From Antedon mediterranea (Eukaryota > Animalia > Echinodermata), in the NCBI RefSeq assembly GCF_964355755.1, contig NC_092678.1, forward strand, positions 1,504,422-1,568,421: a stretch of DNA of 64,000 nucleotides, in the 5' to 3' direction. Shown piece after piece: positions 50,658 to 63,031 of this stretch (position 1 is the first letter of the stretch; each line of letters starts with the position of its first letter). The notes under the pieces were generated by a model. It was given only the letters and a program-made list of their open reading frames with translations. It was not told the DNA's origin and ran no database searches. The position numbers and the translations under genes are program-made.

Positions 50658-51455
50658 AATGGACATCTCCAAGAATGAACACCTCCAAGAATGAACACCT
50701 CCAAGAATGAACACCTCCAAGAATGAACACGTCCAAGAATGAACACGTCCAAGAATGAACACGTCCAAGAATGAACACGTCCAAGAATGAACACGTCCAA
50801 CAATGAACACGTCCAACAATGAACACGTCCAACAATGAACACGTCCAACAATGAACACGTCCAACAATGAACACGTCCAACAATGAACACGTCCAACAAT
50901 GAACACGTCCAACAATGAACACGTCCAACAATGAACACGTCCAACAATGAACACGTCCAACAATGAACACGTCCAACAATGAACACGTCCAACAATGAAC
51001 ACGTCCAACAATGAACACGTCCAACAATGAACACGTCCAACAATGAACACGTCCAACAATGAACACGTCCAACAATGAACACGTCCAACAATGAACACGT
51101 CCAACAATGAACACGTCCAACAATGAACACGTCCAACAATGAACACGTCCAACAATGAACACGTCCAACAATGAACACGTCCAACAATGAACACGTCCAA
51201 CAATGAACACGTCCAACAATGAACACGTCCAACAATGAACACGTCCAACAATGAACACGTCCAACAATGAACACGTCCAACAATGAACACGTCCAACAAT
51301 GAACACGTCCAACAATGAACACGTCCAACAATGAACACGTCCAACAATGAACACGTCCAACAATGAACACGTCCAACAATGAACACGTCCAACAATGAAC
51401 ACGTCCAACAATGAACACGTCCAACAATGAACACTTCTAAAATGAATACTTCTAA
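50658..51455. repeat. 16-bp tandem satellite (AATGAACACGTCCAAC), 50 units
   Basis: 1+3+4 variant units, then 40 identical units, then 2 degenerate 15-bp units. No spacers. Confidence 0.97.
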
Positions 51456-51537
51456 AATGTATTTAAATGTAACCTAAATTAGGTATTGTACCTTTTGTTA
51501 TATTACCTTTGTATGTCTATTGAAGTTAAATGATTGT

Positions 51538-52089
51538 GTCTATTACGTGCCTGCTTACCTGGATAAACCCGACAATAGCCCTTTTCCACGAAGTGCGAAA
51601 ACGTACTATGTTACAGTGGTTACGCCTGACTGATTCTTTTGTATCGCCTACTCTATGCCGGTGAACAGTCCCGGTATGAGAAAAAGACGAGGCAACGATT
51701 TGCAACGTATCAACAACAATTAACTAGTCTAACTGTATTTTTGCCCCCTGTTAGATTAACAAAACAGGGCAACGTTTTCCAACGTATCAATCCTTATACA
51801 ATGTATAATATGAGATCAACTTAGCCACGGCTAGCTTCTCAAGGTTCGTATTTTCTTCCTCGTTTGTGACGTATCGCAACGTTCTCAAACTTCGTGACTT
51901 GTCTTCGTGACAGTACGAAAAGAAATGATGACGGTAACACGTGGGAGTGGTCCCACAAGAGGGCGCTAGAGCGGACTGTACCATTCTTAATGAGGTGAAT
52001 TTGGGTAAAATTCTTCTTTTCGTAATTGTTTCGCACTTCGTGGAAAAGGGCTATTGTCGGGTTTATCCAGGTAAGCAGCACTTATAGAC
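51538..52089. mobile_element. Unclassified foldback/MITE with long TIRs
   Basis: 50-bp perfect TIR core CTGCTTACCTGGATAAACCCGACAATAGCCCTTTTCCACGAAGTGCGAAA. Related solo ends occur near 32745, 34338 and 57251. Confidence 0.85.
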
Positions 52090-53524
52090 TAGCAACACCA
52101 TTTCTGGTTTGTGTAATTTTCTAGTGTTGACTGTACAATAATCTATTTTTGTCAGCCTGATTGGAATGTACAATTGGAGTGTACAATAGTACTTTCAAAC
52201 AGAAATACTACAGTTTGTTATTGTTTTAATATTACTTCCGTTTATAAATCTCCTTTAAACATTCAGGATATCCTACAAGAAATACAATGGCAGAATTCAC
52301 TCACAGATATATATTAAATACAATTGTGCTCTTGTGAATTCCGTAGCCTATCCAACAAATAGCAAATTGTTGGAAGATTATAACAGCTGGGGGTTGGACT
52401 TTGTCAGATGACATAGACAATGTCTGGCTACCATATGCTGGTCAGCTGAACGCTGCTATCACACATGAACTGGCCTGTTTTTCTAATTCTTTGTCTGGCT
52501 ATTTATATGCTTCGCTATATAGATACTGGAACTATTTTTGTCGCTGGCTAGTATATTAATATAATATAAAACCATAGTTTATATTGAAAAATCCCAAAAG
52601 AATGCTTTTCTTTGAAACCGGATGGTACTTGTTTATAAAAAAAGATAGCATTGCAGCCTAATGTTTACTGCATTAAAACCAGTTACGTCAAGTAGTGTTT
52701 TTATGAAATGGCGTTTTTCTGTAGACTCATAATTATTGGACAGAAAAAACAATATTCTGCTGAATAGAAACAAGACCTAAATCAAGGTCATTGCCATAAT
52801 TAATAATTAAAGTGGCCATATGAACATGCTCAGCAACAAGTCTAGTTTGATTTTTACTTGTAACAGGTTTTTTTTCTATTACAGTAACTTAGATGATAAA
52901 GTCCATTCCATAGACACAAAGAAAAGATAGATAAAAAGCCTTATTTTTTTCATTAAGCATTTCTACATAAACAAAAAGATTGATATAGCAACCCAGACAT
53001 ACACATTGTCCCTCCAGTTTGAGCGTATTAACTTTTCTTCTGATAACCATTATTAATTTAAAATTTTTAATGCCATCTTCATGAATGACAATAAATTTTG
53101 ACACATTTTAATTAAGAATGTGATTCGATATTGTGTTGCCATATATTTTGCACACTTTAATTAAATATGAACTAGTATCTCTGAACTTTGCAACCCATAA
53201 ACTGATGGACCAACATTTATTATACATACTAACTGATTTATTTTTATTGATGCTTAAAAATAAATGATAAAAAATGTTGAAATTCTTGGAAATGCAACAG
53301 GTCAGTTTAATCAGGGAGGTATCATTTTTATACCACCCTCGTTTAATAATGTATATAATTGACTTTGAATGGTTTGCTCAAATCAGTTTACAAAAAAACT
53401 TTTAAGGAAATTGTTTGTACATAGTTTTTCTTTGATCTTATATAACCAATCCATAAGACAAGAACTGGTTTGGTAAATAAAGCCTCAGTTTTTCACTTAA
53501 GCACTTATTAACTCTGTTGACTTA

Positions 53525-53664
53525 GGTTCTATATGCACTATCAAACTTTATGTGACAAAAAGAGTGTGATGTGCCCAAATATGGTAGTGATAGGACATCA
53601 TCATGTCCATATATGGGCACATCACATTTTGTGTCACATAAAGTTTGATAATGTAGACAGAGCT
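53525..53664. mobile_element. PIF/Harbinger-type MITE family, full copy
   Basis: Both TIRs (left one degenerate), TTA/TAA flanks. Confidence 0.78.
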
Positions 53665-53992
53665 TAAGCAAAAAGATTGATAAAAGGTATGTTTTATTTT
53701 AGAAACTAAACAACATAGCCGAATATTATAATATCTGTAAGATACCAGTAGTGTGAACCTAACCTACAAACAACATAGCATAGCATAGCATACAGTATAA
53801 TATGTAAAAATAAATTATAATAAAACTTATGAGTTTGTACTTTTCTGTGTACTTTTTCTGTGAACTATATTTAAACATATGAACTTATAAGCTTTCTAGA
53901 GTATTGCAAAGGCGTACATTAAGTGGTGTCCAGTTAATAACCATATTGCTATTTTGTATCAATTACGAACAATTTGATACACCATCCTCTAA

Positions 53993-54872
53993 GGCCCCGT
54001 TTCTGCTGCCAAAAATATACCGTATATATACGGTATATTTTATATACGGTATATTTTTTGGCAGCAGAAATGGGTCTCATAAAAAATATACCGTATATAT
54101 ATGCGGTATATATACCGCATAAATATCCCCATCGTTTATGGATATTATACGGTATATTCCAAAATATACCGTATATTTTGTACCCCGTTTCTGCTGCACT
54201 CAAAATATACCGTATATGTGACCCGGTCCATGACACGAGGTCAAAAACTAACAGAGCGTGACGCGTTTGTTTGGTTTTTCTGCTGCATTGACACACACGT
54301 GTATAAGCAAGCAACAGATCAAAATATCACTGTGGACTGAAGAAATAACTATTTTTGCAATTCAATTGTGGGGAGAAGCGAAGGTTTGGGGGAGACTGCA
54401 TGGCAACAGAAGAGATACCGAGATTTACAAAAGTATCTCAAACAAAATAAAAGCAGAATTTGTGGTAGACTTAATAACGACAAAGTTATCGGCAAACGCC
54501 ATCGTCTTCTTTGCATAAATCTAGTCAATGCCCATTCTACATTTCTAGATTGTTTGTGCGGTGTAAATTCGTTGCCACTTCTGCTCATTAGATTTAAAAT
54601 AGAAAGCAATGCTACGACGTTTTGAGAAACCATCATTGTTTTGTTTTTGTCCTGTAACCTCACTACACAAGACTCTAGGTCAATCCATACTTCCGTCTCA
54701 CGAAATGCATTTTGGTTAATGAAAGCCAACTTTTTTACAGCCTACCCACAAAGTATGTGCAGCGGAAACGGTGCATGAATTTCATATACGGTATATATAC
54801 GGTATATTTATACGGTATATTTATACGGTATATTTATACGGTATATTTGGGATTGGCAGCAGAAACAGGGCC
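53993..54872. mobile_element. Non-autonomous PIF/Harbinger element with Myb/SANT-like fragment and subterminal motif arrays
   Basis: TIRs GGCCCCGTTTCTGCTGCCAA / TTGGCAGCAGAAACAGGGCC, flanks TAA/TTA, many TATACCGTATA/TATACGGTATA motifs at both ends. Plus-strand peptide WTEEITIFAIQLWGEAKVWGRLHGNRRDTEIYKSISNKIK. Confidence 0.87.
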
Positions 54873-56764
54873 TTAATTGATCCTCTTCATTGATGTGACT
54901 GGCAGAAAACGTTTATTAAGTATTTCTGACGATTTAAGCATAAACGAAAAGTTGCGCGATAAATTATATACAGTATATAAACTTTAATGTTTAAATTTCA
55001 TTTCGTATTGTATTATACAATTTTATTATAATTTATAGTGTTTCGGTGAGCAAAATCAGGCAAAATAAACTTTTTATTTGAAGGAGTGCTATCACCATAT
55101 GGTATAAAACAGAACAGAGGTCAACCTCCAACCACAATTTGCAATGTTGAAATCAAGAAAATTATGAATGTCATATCACTTGTAATTTTAGAATTTCTAT
55201 TTTATGTGAAATAAACATATGACTTGAGACCTGATGATATATCCATATGGACAACCACTGGGAATATGGAATAAAGCTATTAATCCTGCTAATTATAGAA
55301 ATCCTACAGCTGATTTCCATGTGATTCCAAGGGTCTGCCTTGTCCATTGTTTATCATTTACTGTTTGTTTAAAGTCTGGTGTTAAAAATGAAGAACGCAT
55401 GTTGTCGAAACATATTTTAAAGGCGTAATAAGCTATGATAATAATATTAACTAACAGGTTTTGTTTTTATTGATGTAATAATGAATACATCATAGAGATA
55501 TAATGTTATTATTGTATAGCACCTAGTAACCAAAAGTCACCATCAATAACAATAATCTTATAGATTTTGATCAAATCAAATATTTGTAGTGTGATTAATA
55601 TTATACTCTCTCTTTCTTGGCTAATTTCTTCTTCTTTAATACTAGAAGAGTTTAAATCTGGATTGGGCTAAACATTTTCACTAACAAATTTGTTTATTTA
55701 CTGTTAACCAGAAAGTGCATGATCAAATATACTTGTCTTCACCTGTTTCAACCAGACAGTTCCCACGTTTTATTATCTATTTTATTATAAAGGATTTTAT
55801 CAAAATACAATGTAAACACAATATGTTAATTTAAAGCGGTTATGTCTGGATCATGACTAGTTATAGGCCTAACTGTACATCAGTTGACATAGGCGAGTCC
55901 AAGGGTAAAGGTGCCTACCTCTCTTCTCCAAATTTTCAGAAGCTTCAATGCAAGAAAGAGATAGGGACTTAATGGTTAAATTCAGCACTTCATTTTTAAT
56001 TGTTTACCCCTCCTTCCAGCACCTTAATTTTTTACTAAAATAGGTGGAAGTGCGCCTTGTCAACCCAGAGGTGAGATCAAATTGAGACTGGAAGGAGCCT
56101 GTACAACCATAATATCCTAAGAGCCAGTTCACAACAGCCCTTGTAAAGAACACTTGACGTGCCAACACATCAATTTAGTATTTTAAACTAAATATTTTAT
56201 TAAATGCCATTTAACTTTTTTATAGTTTTTTTTTATTCATGTTTATCTGCCAAGTTAATTTATTTTATTAACCACTTAAATTTGTTATTTCTTTACAATT
56301 TACATTAAAAATCATTAAACAAGCTAATCTAAAATATGGAACAGTATGTTCACATTATATGTTTTTGTAGTTTATATTCATTGCAAATTAAAATGTATTT
56401 AATATTCAATGGGTATTATTATTAAAAAGTTTTTAATAACCCATCTTGTTGTATTATATGTTAAGAGGATTTACACATCTTGGAATAATATTTATACTAA
56501 GAGCTGAAAATATTAAATTAAAAGATTGTACAAGGCGGAGACTGGTACTAAGAGTGTAACCTTATAATGAGACCAACACATTTTACCACTTCATATGTAT
56601 TGTCAATTAGTACTACTGTAGTAGTTGTAGTATGGCAACAGTTGGTACTACCACATTTATGCAGAAGAATGAAAAAACAATTATATTTATATTTATTTAA
56701 ACTTATTTTTTATTTCTTTATTCTTTGTACTGGAAAGTCTTTTCAGTAGTACTACTGTTCTCCC

Positions 56765-57030
56765 ACAGTGCCCAGTATTGTGTGTGACAGTGGCTGTGTG
56801 TTTACTAGTACACCAAGGTAACCCCCAGCCCTACTCATCTCAAAGGATGTATTAGGTTCATTAAAGTGCACATGAGCTATATGTGTACACGGTGTACCTA
56901 CGGTTTATAGTGTATCCGGGAAGACTTGTTGCTACCAGAACCATGGAGCGAGTGAGCCTTGAACCCTTGCCAATATGCTATGGATTTGAATTACGGTTCT
57001 ACTGTCTTAACTGCTCAGCCACTCACTTAC
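56765..57030 (-). mobile_element. tRNA-headed Deu-domain-like SINE (near full length)
   Basis: Minus strand: A box TGGCTGAGCAG, B box GGTTCAAGGC, then GTCTTCCCGGAT..TAAACCGTAGG...GAGTAGGG..GGTTACC core. Confidence 0.7.
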
Positions 57031-57682
57031 TTACACTATTCGTCGTTAAGTATTTTGCATGGAATATAGAAATATGATAAATGTCGCTTTTTAACTTGGT
57101 TATCAATATTCTTCCCTACCATTCAAGACCAGGGTCGTGGGTTTCGATTGTGTTATGTGTCATTTATGTATATGATTTTTTTCATGGTCATAAAATAGGA
57201 GCAAGAATCATTGGCTATTTTACAAAAAGCTTATTACTGCAAAACCTTTTAGTCTATTTCGTGCCTATAGCTTACCTGGATAAACCGACAAATGCCATAT
57301 TCTTTTCGAAAAGAGAGATATACTCGAAAAGTAGAAAACACATTTATTTGTGGGCTTTCAGGAACAGTTTAGATGAGAACATATATAAACACATAACCAT
57401 CAATACGCTATGATACCTTGGCAGTTATGTGTTATTTGTTATAGCTCAGTAATACTAATAGTGTATCATCAAAAATTAATCATCAATAATATTATTTTTG
57501 TATGCAGCCGCATTCGACTAAGTGAGTCAGCCATTCAAGTGCACAGGGAATACTTATATAAGTTTAAATGTGTCAGAATAACCTGTGTCTTACAGCCTTC
57601 CTTGTACACAGGTGTGGACAACATACAACTTTCTACTTCCCTAAACTGTGTTGTACAGCTGCCATAATATTGTGGCTGAGAT

Positions 57683-57800
57683 GGACCAGTACACCAGGGT
57701 AACAACCCTCTCTCTTCTGAAAGATGAAATAGGTTCTTTAAAGTGCACATGAGCCAGATGCATACTCGACCTCCAGCTCTAAGTTCTTATCCGAGAAGAC
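57683..57800 (-). mobile_element. Deu-domain-like SINE fragment
   Basis: Homologous to the 56765-57030 and 41557-41665 core. Confidence 0.65.
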
Positions 57801-58541
57801 CAATGAACATTTTTTGTTATATAACAATTTTTTTGGTCTGAATATCACTTCTTGATAGTACACAATTTCATCTATCCTGGCATAAAAGCAATTTACCTTT
57901 GCTGTTTGTTAATATTATATTATATTAAATTGTAAACATATTAATAAATTATGATTTTATTGGCGAGTGTGATAAAATTGATTGTCTACAGACTTGGAGT
58001 CTTTTTTACCATTATCATCATCCAACCTTTGACAACTTTCATAAATTTTTTAGTTGAAAGACTTAAGCGAAAACAAATAATTTTCTTAACAGACTGATAG
58101 AACGAACTAACAAAGCTTTAATAGTGTTTATATGATAAATTTACACATTTGCAACATATACGTTGGCTTCCAAAATACGAAAATTAATTTTGCTACGCGT
58201 TTAATGGTCAATTGGAAATAAACATTTCAACAAAACGAAGTGATAAATTGCAAAAGAAAATTAATATTAATTAATAAAAATAAATATATGACAAGATAAT
58301 ATACAGTATTACCATTAAACAATATGGTATTAAATTATTAGAGAATTATATAAATACTATAACAAAGATTATTATAAGGTCAGGAAAATATGCGTAATAC
58401 ATAATACAATATTATAATAATTGTTAACCATTTATTTCTAATAAAGAACGAATTAAATTAGTTTTCAGGAATGCATACTAGATGCTAAAATAAGGTTCTA
58501 ACCTTTTTCCAGTATCATAAGCAAATTCCATAATACGGCAT

Positions 58542-59475
58542 CAGGCCCGTATCCAGGGGGGGGGTGGTGCGTTGGGTGCAGACGCACCCCCCCCCCCCAA
58601 GTCCCAAAAGGTCCACTAGGCCTATTTCCTCGGCTGGTATTTTTTCTTGTCTTGTTTAACTAAAGACAATATCATTATATATATACAAAATTTACATTAT
58701 CAATGGTATACAAACAAAAATATGTTAATATAAAATGAAAAAATACCGGTAATTAAATTACGGAATCTGAACTGACTACAAACTCGATGTGAAAGATGCG
58801 CAGTCGATCATGTGACGACAAGCAATAGCTTAGCGCTTCATGTACGCGGTACGCGGTAAAGTGTTTGCTGGAAATACAGACAACCGGCGGTAAAGACGTG
58901 TCTGAAAATACAGACATTATTGAACACGGCGAGGTTATCATCGCTAGCACTCATGCATACACTACTCAAAAGACGTGGACTTAGATCAGGTCGTGGATTA
59001 TTTGCAAAAAAACATCCAAGGAGGCTAGAGCTTCATACGCTATTACATGATCGTCATTCTACTTAAACAGTAATGAATCATTTAAAATAAATCATTGTCA
59101 ATTACAAACACAATTTAATTAAGAATTTGTCATTTTGTTGTCTTCTATTAAAAAAATCACGGTAAGGCCCATTTTGTTGTTGAAATTAATTTTCTGCAGT
59201 CGGTCAGAGTGTTTCACTGTTTGTTAAGGCTGTTTCGCTGTCTGAGTTGGCCTAAACATCATGAAAGCGTTAAGTTCTGGTGTGTCCATCGTTAAACTAG
59301 CCCAAGCCACAACAAAGAGTCTGAAATCAGTCTTTAGAACGTTAAATAACGCACATTTTGCCGGGGACTTCGGTCCCTGGACCCTGACCGGGGGCCCTTG
59401 GCGGCCCCCTGGCCCCCAGCCATTGTTGCTCGCTTCGCTCGCACTCCCCCATTATAAATGCTGCATACGGGCCTG
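58542..59475 (+). mobile_element. hAT deletion derivative with 5-bp TSD
   Basis: TIRs CAGGCCCGTAT / ATACGGGCCTG and perfect flanking duplication GGCAT. 58932-59033 reads, with frameshifts, RLSSLALMH.HYSKDVDLDQVVD.FAKKHPRRLEL, the C-terminus of the hAT dimerization domain. Confidence 0.85.
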
Positions 59476-60169
59476 GGCATCTCATATGTATCACATGTGA
59501 TTCCTGTATTATGTTGGTTAGGTTTAAGGTTTATGATGTAAAATAAAACGTTTTGCTTTAACAATACTGGTTCAAATACAGTACTGAAAATCAGCTGACC
59601 GATTTTCTTAAATTTTGAAAAGATTGGCAATAATTCCATTGCAAAAATGAATATTATATACTTTATATTCACATAAGATTCATATAACCAAATTGATAAA
59701 CATTGACAATTTAAACAATGAATAAATACATGCAAACTATGACAGAAAACGGGGGGGGGGGGGGGAGGTCACATTGCCTAAGGTCACATTGCCTAAGGTC
59801 AATTTGGCAGACTTTGAAAGATCTGAAAATTATCAGTAACTTTGACATGGTTAGCAAATTGATTGAAATGAGATTTGTTTTATAGAATCTTTATTAAAAT
59901 CGCTGCAGGGAATTTATCATAATAGGTGTATATGAATAAGAATTTAACTTGTTCTAGTTTCCATGAAAAGTCATAAGATTTTACAACAAAAAATGCCAGT
60001 TGTAATCTAAACAGTTACCTGGTTAGTTTTACATGATTTCGTCGATAATTTTTTAGTATTTTTAGTTACTTTTAAAGTACAGTATTATGAATTTTTATGA
60101 TACGTTTTTGTAAAACACTATTTCCATGTATGAGTTTTAATGTAACATTTACAATCGTTATTATTTTAC

Positions 60170-60315
60170 GAGGAAGTGTCCCCATAATAGGAGTTTCCTT
60201 TGAATAGGGGTTGACTGTGGTAAGACATGTATTGATCCTTGCTCATTGGGAAAGTGTCTACTTATAGGAGTGTCTCTTGAATAGAGGTTTCCCAAAGAAG
60301 GGATTTTATTGTATT
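60170..60315. mobile_element. Degenerate pogo/Tigger-like MITE end
   Basis: Repeated AAGTGTC...ATAGGAG...TTGAATAG.GG subterminal blocks ending in TTTTATTGTA. Confidence 0.4.
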
Positions 60316-61609
60316 TGAATGTATCATGTGTTTTGAATACAGTACACTCAATATTCATATTTGATTATGTGCCTGATGTATGCAACATGATTAATACATA
60401 AATAAACAAAAACAACATGTTCGTGAATAAACTTATTGAAATAAATGATTATTAAATTCAAAATATTGAATGTAAAGACAGGTGATATAACAAACTAACG
60501 AGGGCAGTAATTTGTAGATTATGCGGTCCCAAGAGCGGTCATGCGTCTCGTGTCTGGGCACCGACTGTTCCTTGGCAGATCTCCAGTTTCTTATATATAT
60601 TATATCTACAATGCTTAGTTTTTAAATAATTAGTCATCGTATCCAATTTGAATGAGTAACGAGTAAAGTTCATTTTTATTGGCACATTTTATTTATAATT
60701 TAATTTTTAAAAACAAAATAGTCATAGCCTTATGTTGTTGTATGTCATATTTCCTCTCTTTCAATTTATACTATAACGATATATTTATGTTTAATTCTGT
60801 TATTTCTTTATTTAATCTTCAGTTACTAATAATAACTGTATGTGCAGCACATTTTTCAAACAACTCTATACAGCGTCCCATTATCAAACACCTAAACACT
60901 TTACACTAACAACTTAACCATTATCTCTGCCACACACTAAAAATTGAACAAATGCATGAAGTATGATTTGAACCAGGAACACATCAAGCACCAAGCACAT
61001 AGTATAAACACACTCTAGGCAAACCATTGCATGAAATTGCACGATTGCAGTCGTCAAGCGTTACAATATGTGTACACAATATCTAATAGTAAAGCCCGCA
61101 TTCCAGACGTGTTTGGTCTTCTGTGGTCTAATGGTTGTGTACTTAGCTTGTTTTTGTCAGGTCGTGGTTTCAAATCCTGGAATCAATGGTGTAGAAACAG
61201 CATGTACTTATGTAAAGCGCATTCTAATGGATAACAACTTATTTTTGGCTGTAACAAGTATCGTTCCATTAACCCGCGTTTGATGTGGCTATCTATTTAC
61301 CTATTAGCCCTGCCTCACTTGCCAAACCCAGGATCAGTTATCCCTAAAGGTACGCACATACTAAAGCCTAATAAAGTCTGGACATTTCCATTGTTCGGAG
61401 GTATCAGTGTGAACAGTAATCAAGAGTTATATTTCAGACCTATTGTTATTTATCATACTACAATTTTATAGTAGGAGTGACACCATATTAACTATGAAAA
61501 GAACAGTAATAAGATATGAAGTTAAAAAGGATAATGATACCTAGTAAATGCTTAGACTTTGTTTTGGTTTCCAAATTGAATTTTCCCATCAACAGTAGTC
61601 TTACTAATA

Positions 61610-61760
61610 TTTCCAAAGTGGTGGTTGGACAAGTAGTCTCAGAAAGAACTTAAAGCTGGCGGTCCAGTGTACACATCTGGCTCATGTACACTTGACAGAA
61701 CTCTGTGCATCTTTTGGAATTGTAGTGGGGGAAGGGGTTACTCATGGGACTGTGGCTGCT
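61610..61760 (+). mobile_element. Deu-domain-like SINE fragment
   Basis: Plus-strand degenerate copy of the same core (GTGTACACATCTGGCTCATGTACACTT...GGGGTTAC). Confidence 0.55.
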
Positions 61761-63031
61761 ATGGGTTCATAGAGGACCTACTAACAATTTCCTCAATTGA
61801 GGATTGAATATTATCGAAGCAGACAAACAAAAAATAAAATCTTATTGAGACTAATTTTTTTTAATCTTTCCTTTATGAAATTTGAAATAAAAGATAAATT
61901 TTAACATTTGAAAAAACTATCGAGTCTTTTTACCGATACTTTTACAATTGACATTACATTATTTTACGCAATTCATCCAGCACAGTATACTATATACAAT
62001 GTGTTGTGTTCATTTGTTATTTATCTCTATGTAACACAGGTCATGTGATGTATTTGGCTCAGTGCCAAGCTGCCTGGATAATCATAGTATCGTTGCTATG
62101 TTTTGCATATGTGGCCATGTCAAAGCACTACTACGCATAATATTATTAATGTGTATATACACATCTCGTTAGTTATAACTCGGTTTAAATTAAATTTAAA
62201 ATGTTGCTATAGTCATTAATATGTATGTTCAGTTACAAATCGTGTGAACACAGTATTCAGATTGTACTTTTTCTGGTGGTAGATGATTTTCAAGAATTGG
62301 ATAGAAAGCCCTGGGGATTCTAACATGATATAGTAATAATAGATAAATATTGAATTAGAATACGTTGTTGTAAACAAAATGTGTCTGGTAAACACTCTGT
62401 ACTGCTGTATGTTATTGTTATGGTATATCGTATTGTAAATATATTTTACATTTGGATGTGTGCTATAACAACTCATTATGAATTATGATGTTAAGTTTAC
62501 CAACACACTCTGCTACTAATATGTTTCCCACAATATAACCCTTTTTATAGGTATGTCTGCAAATGCACATTGTTTTAGAAAAAGATTTTGATATTTTATT
62601 TTATAACCCTGTAAGAACCAGGCCTGGTGACACTTACCCAAGTAATGATCAATGGGCAAAGTGTTTAAACCATGGACAAATTCATTTATTATGAGTTAAA
62701 AGATTATTTCATTTTAATAAGTTCAAGATTGTATGAAACAAAATGGATACTTTACTAGATTAAAGGACTTAAAAATAGGTTAAATATTAATTATTTTATT
62801 ATTGATATCTTTGATTTGTATTGAAACATAAGAAGTCATTATAAACAAAATATTAATATGTATTTGGCGTAGTATGACCATAACAAAGTAATTCAAAGTT
62901 AAAAACAATGCAAAACGATACTTTTGTTAGTCAATAGTCAAACCCTAGATTGTGGGTTTTTTTAATAAAAATTTAACCGTTTTCTTTTTTCATAAGTGAA
63001 ATAATTATTGTTGCTATCTTTTTTTGCTTAA

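Noticed and set aside
50482-51434. Three long minus-strand ORFs (262-309 aa, repeating LLDVFIVGRVHCWTCS)
   Set aside because: Artefact of a 16-bp satellite that has no stop codons on that strand. All three frames give the same peptide, with no ATG start or splice context.
50658-51455. Possible CRISPR array
   Set aside because: Units are directly adjacent with no unique spacers, there are no cas genes, and the context is eukaryotic.
53904-54340. Several Tyr/Ile-rich ORFs
   Set aside because: Produced by the TATACCGTATA subterminal repeats of the Harbinger element.
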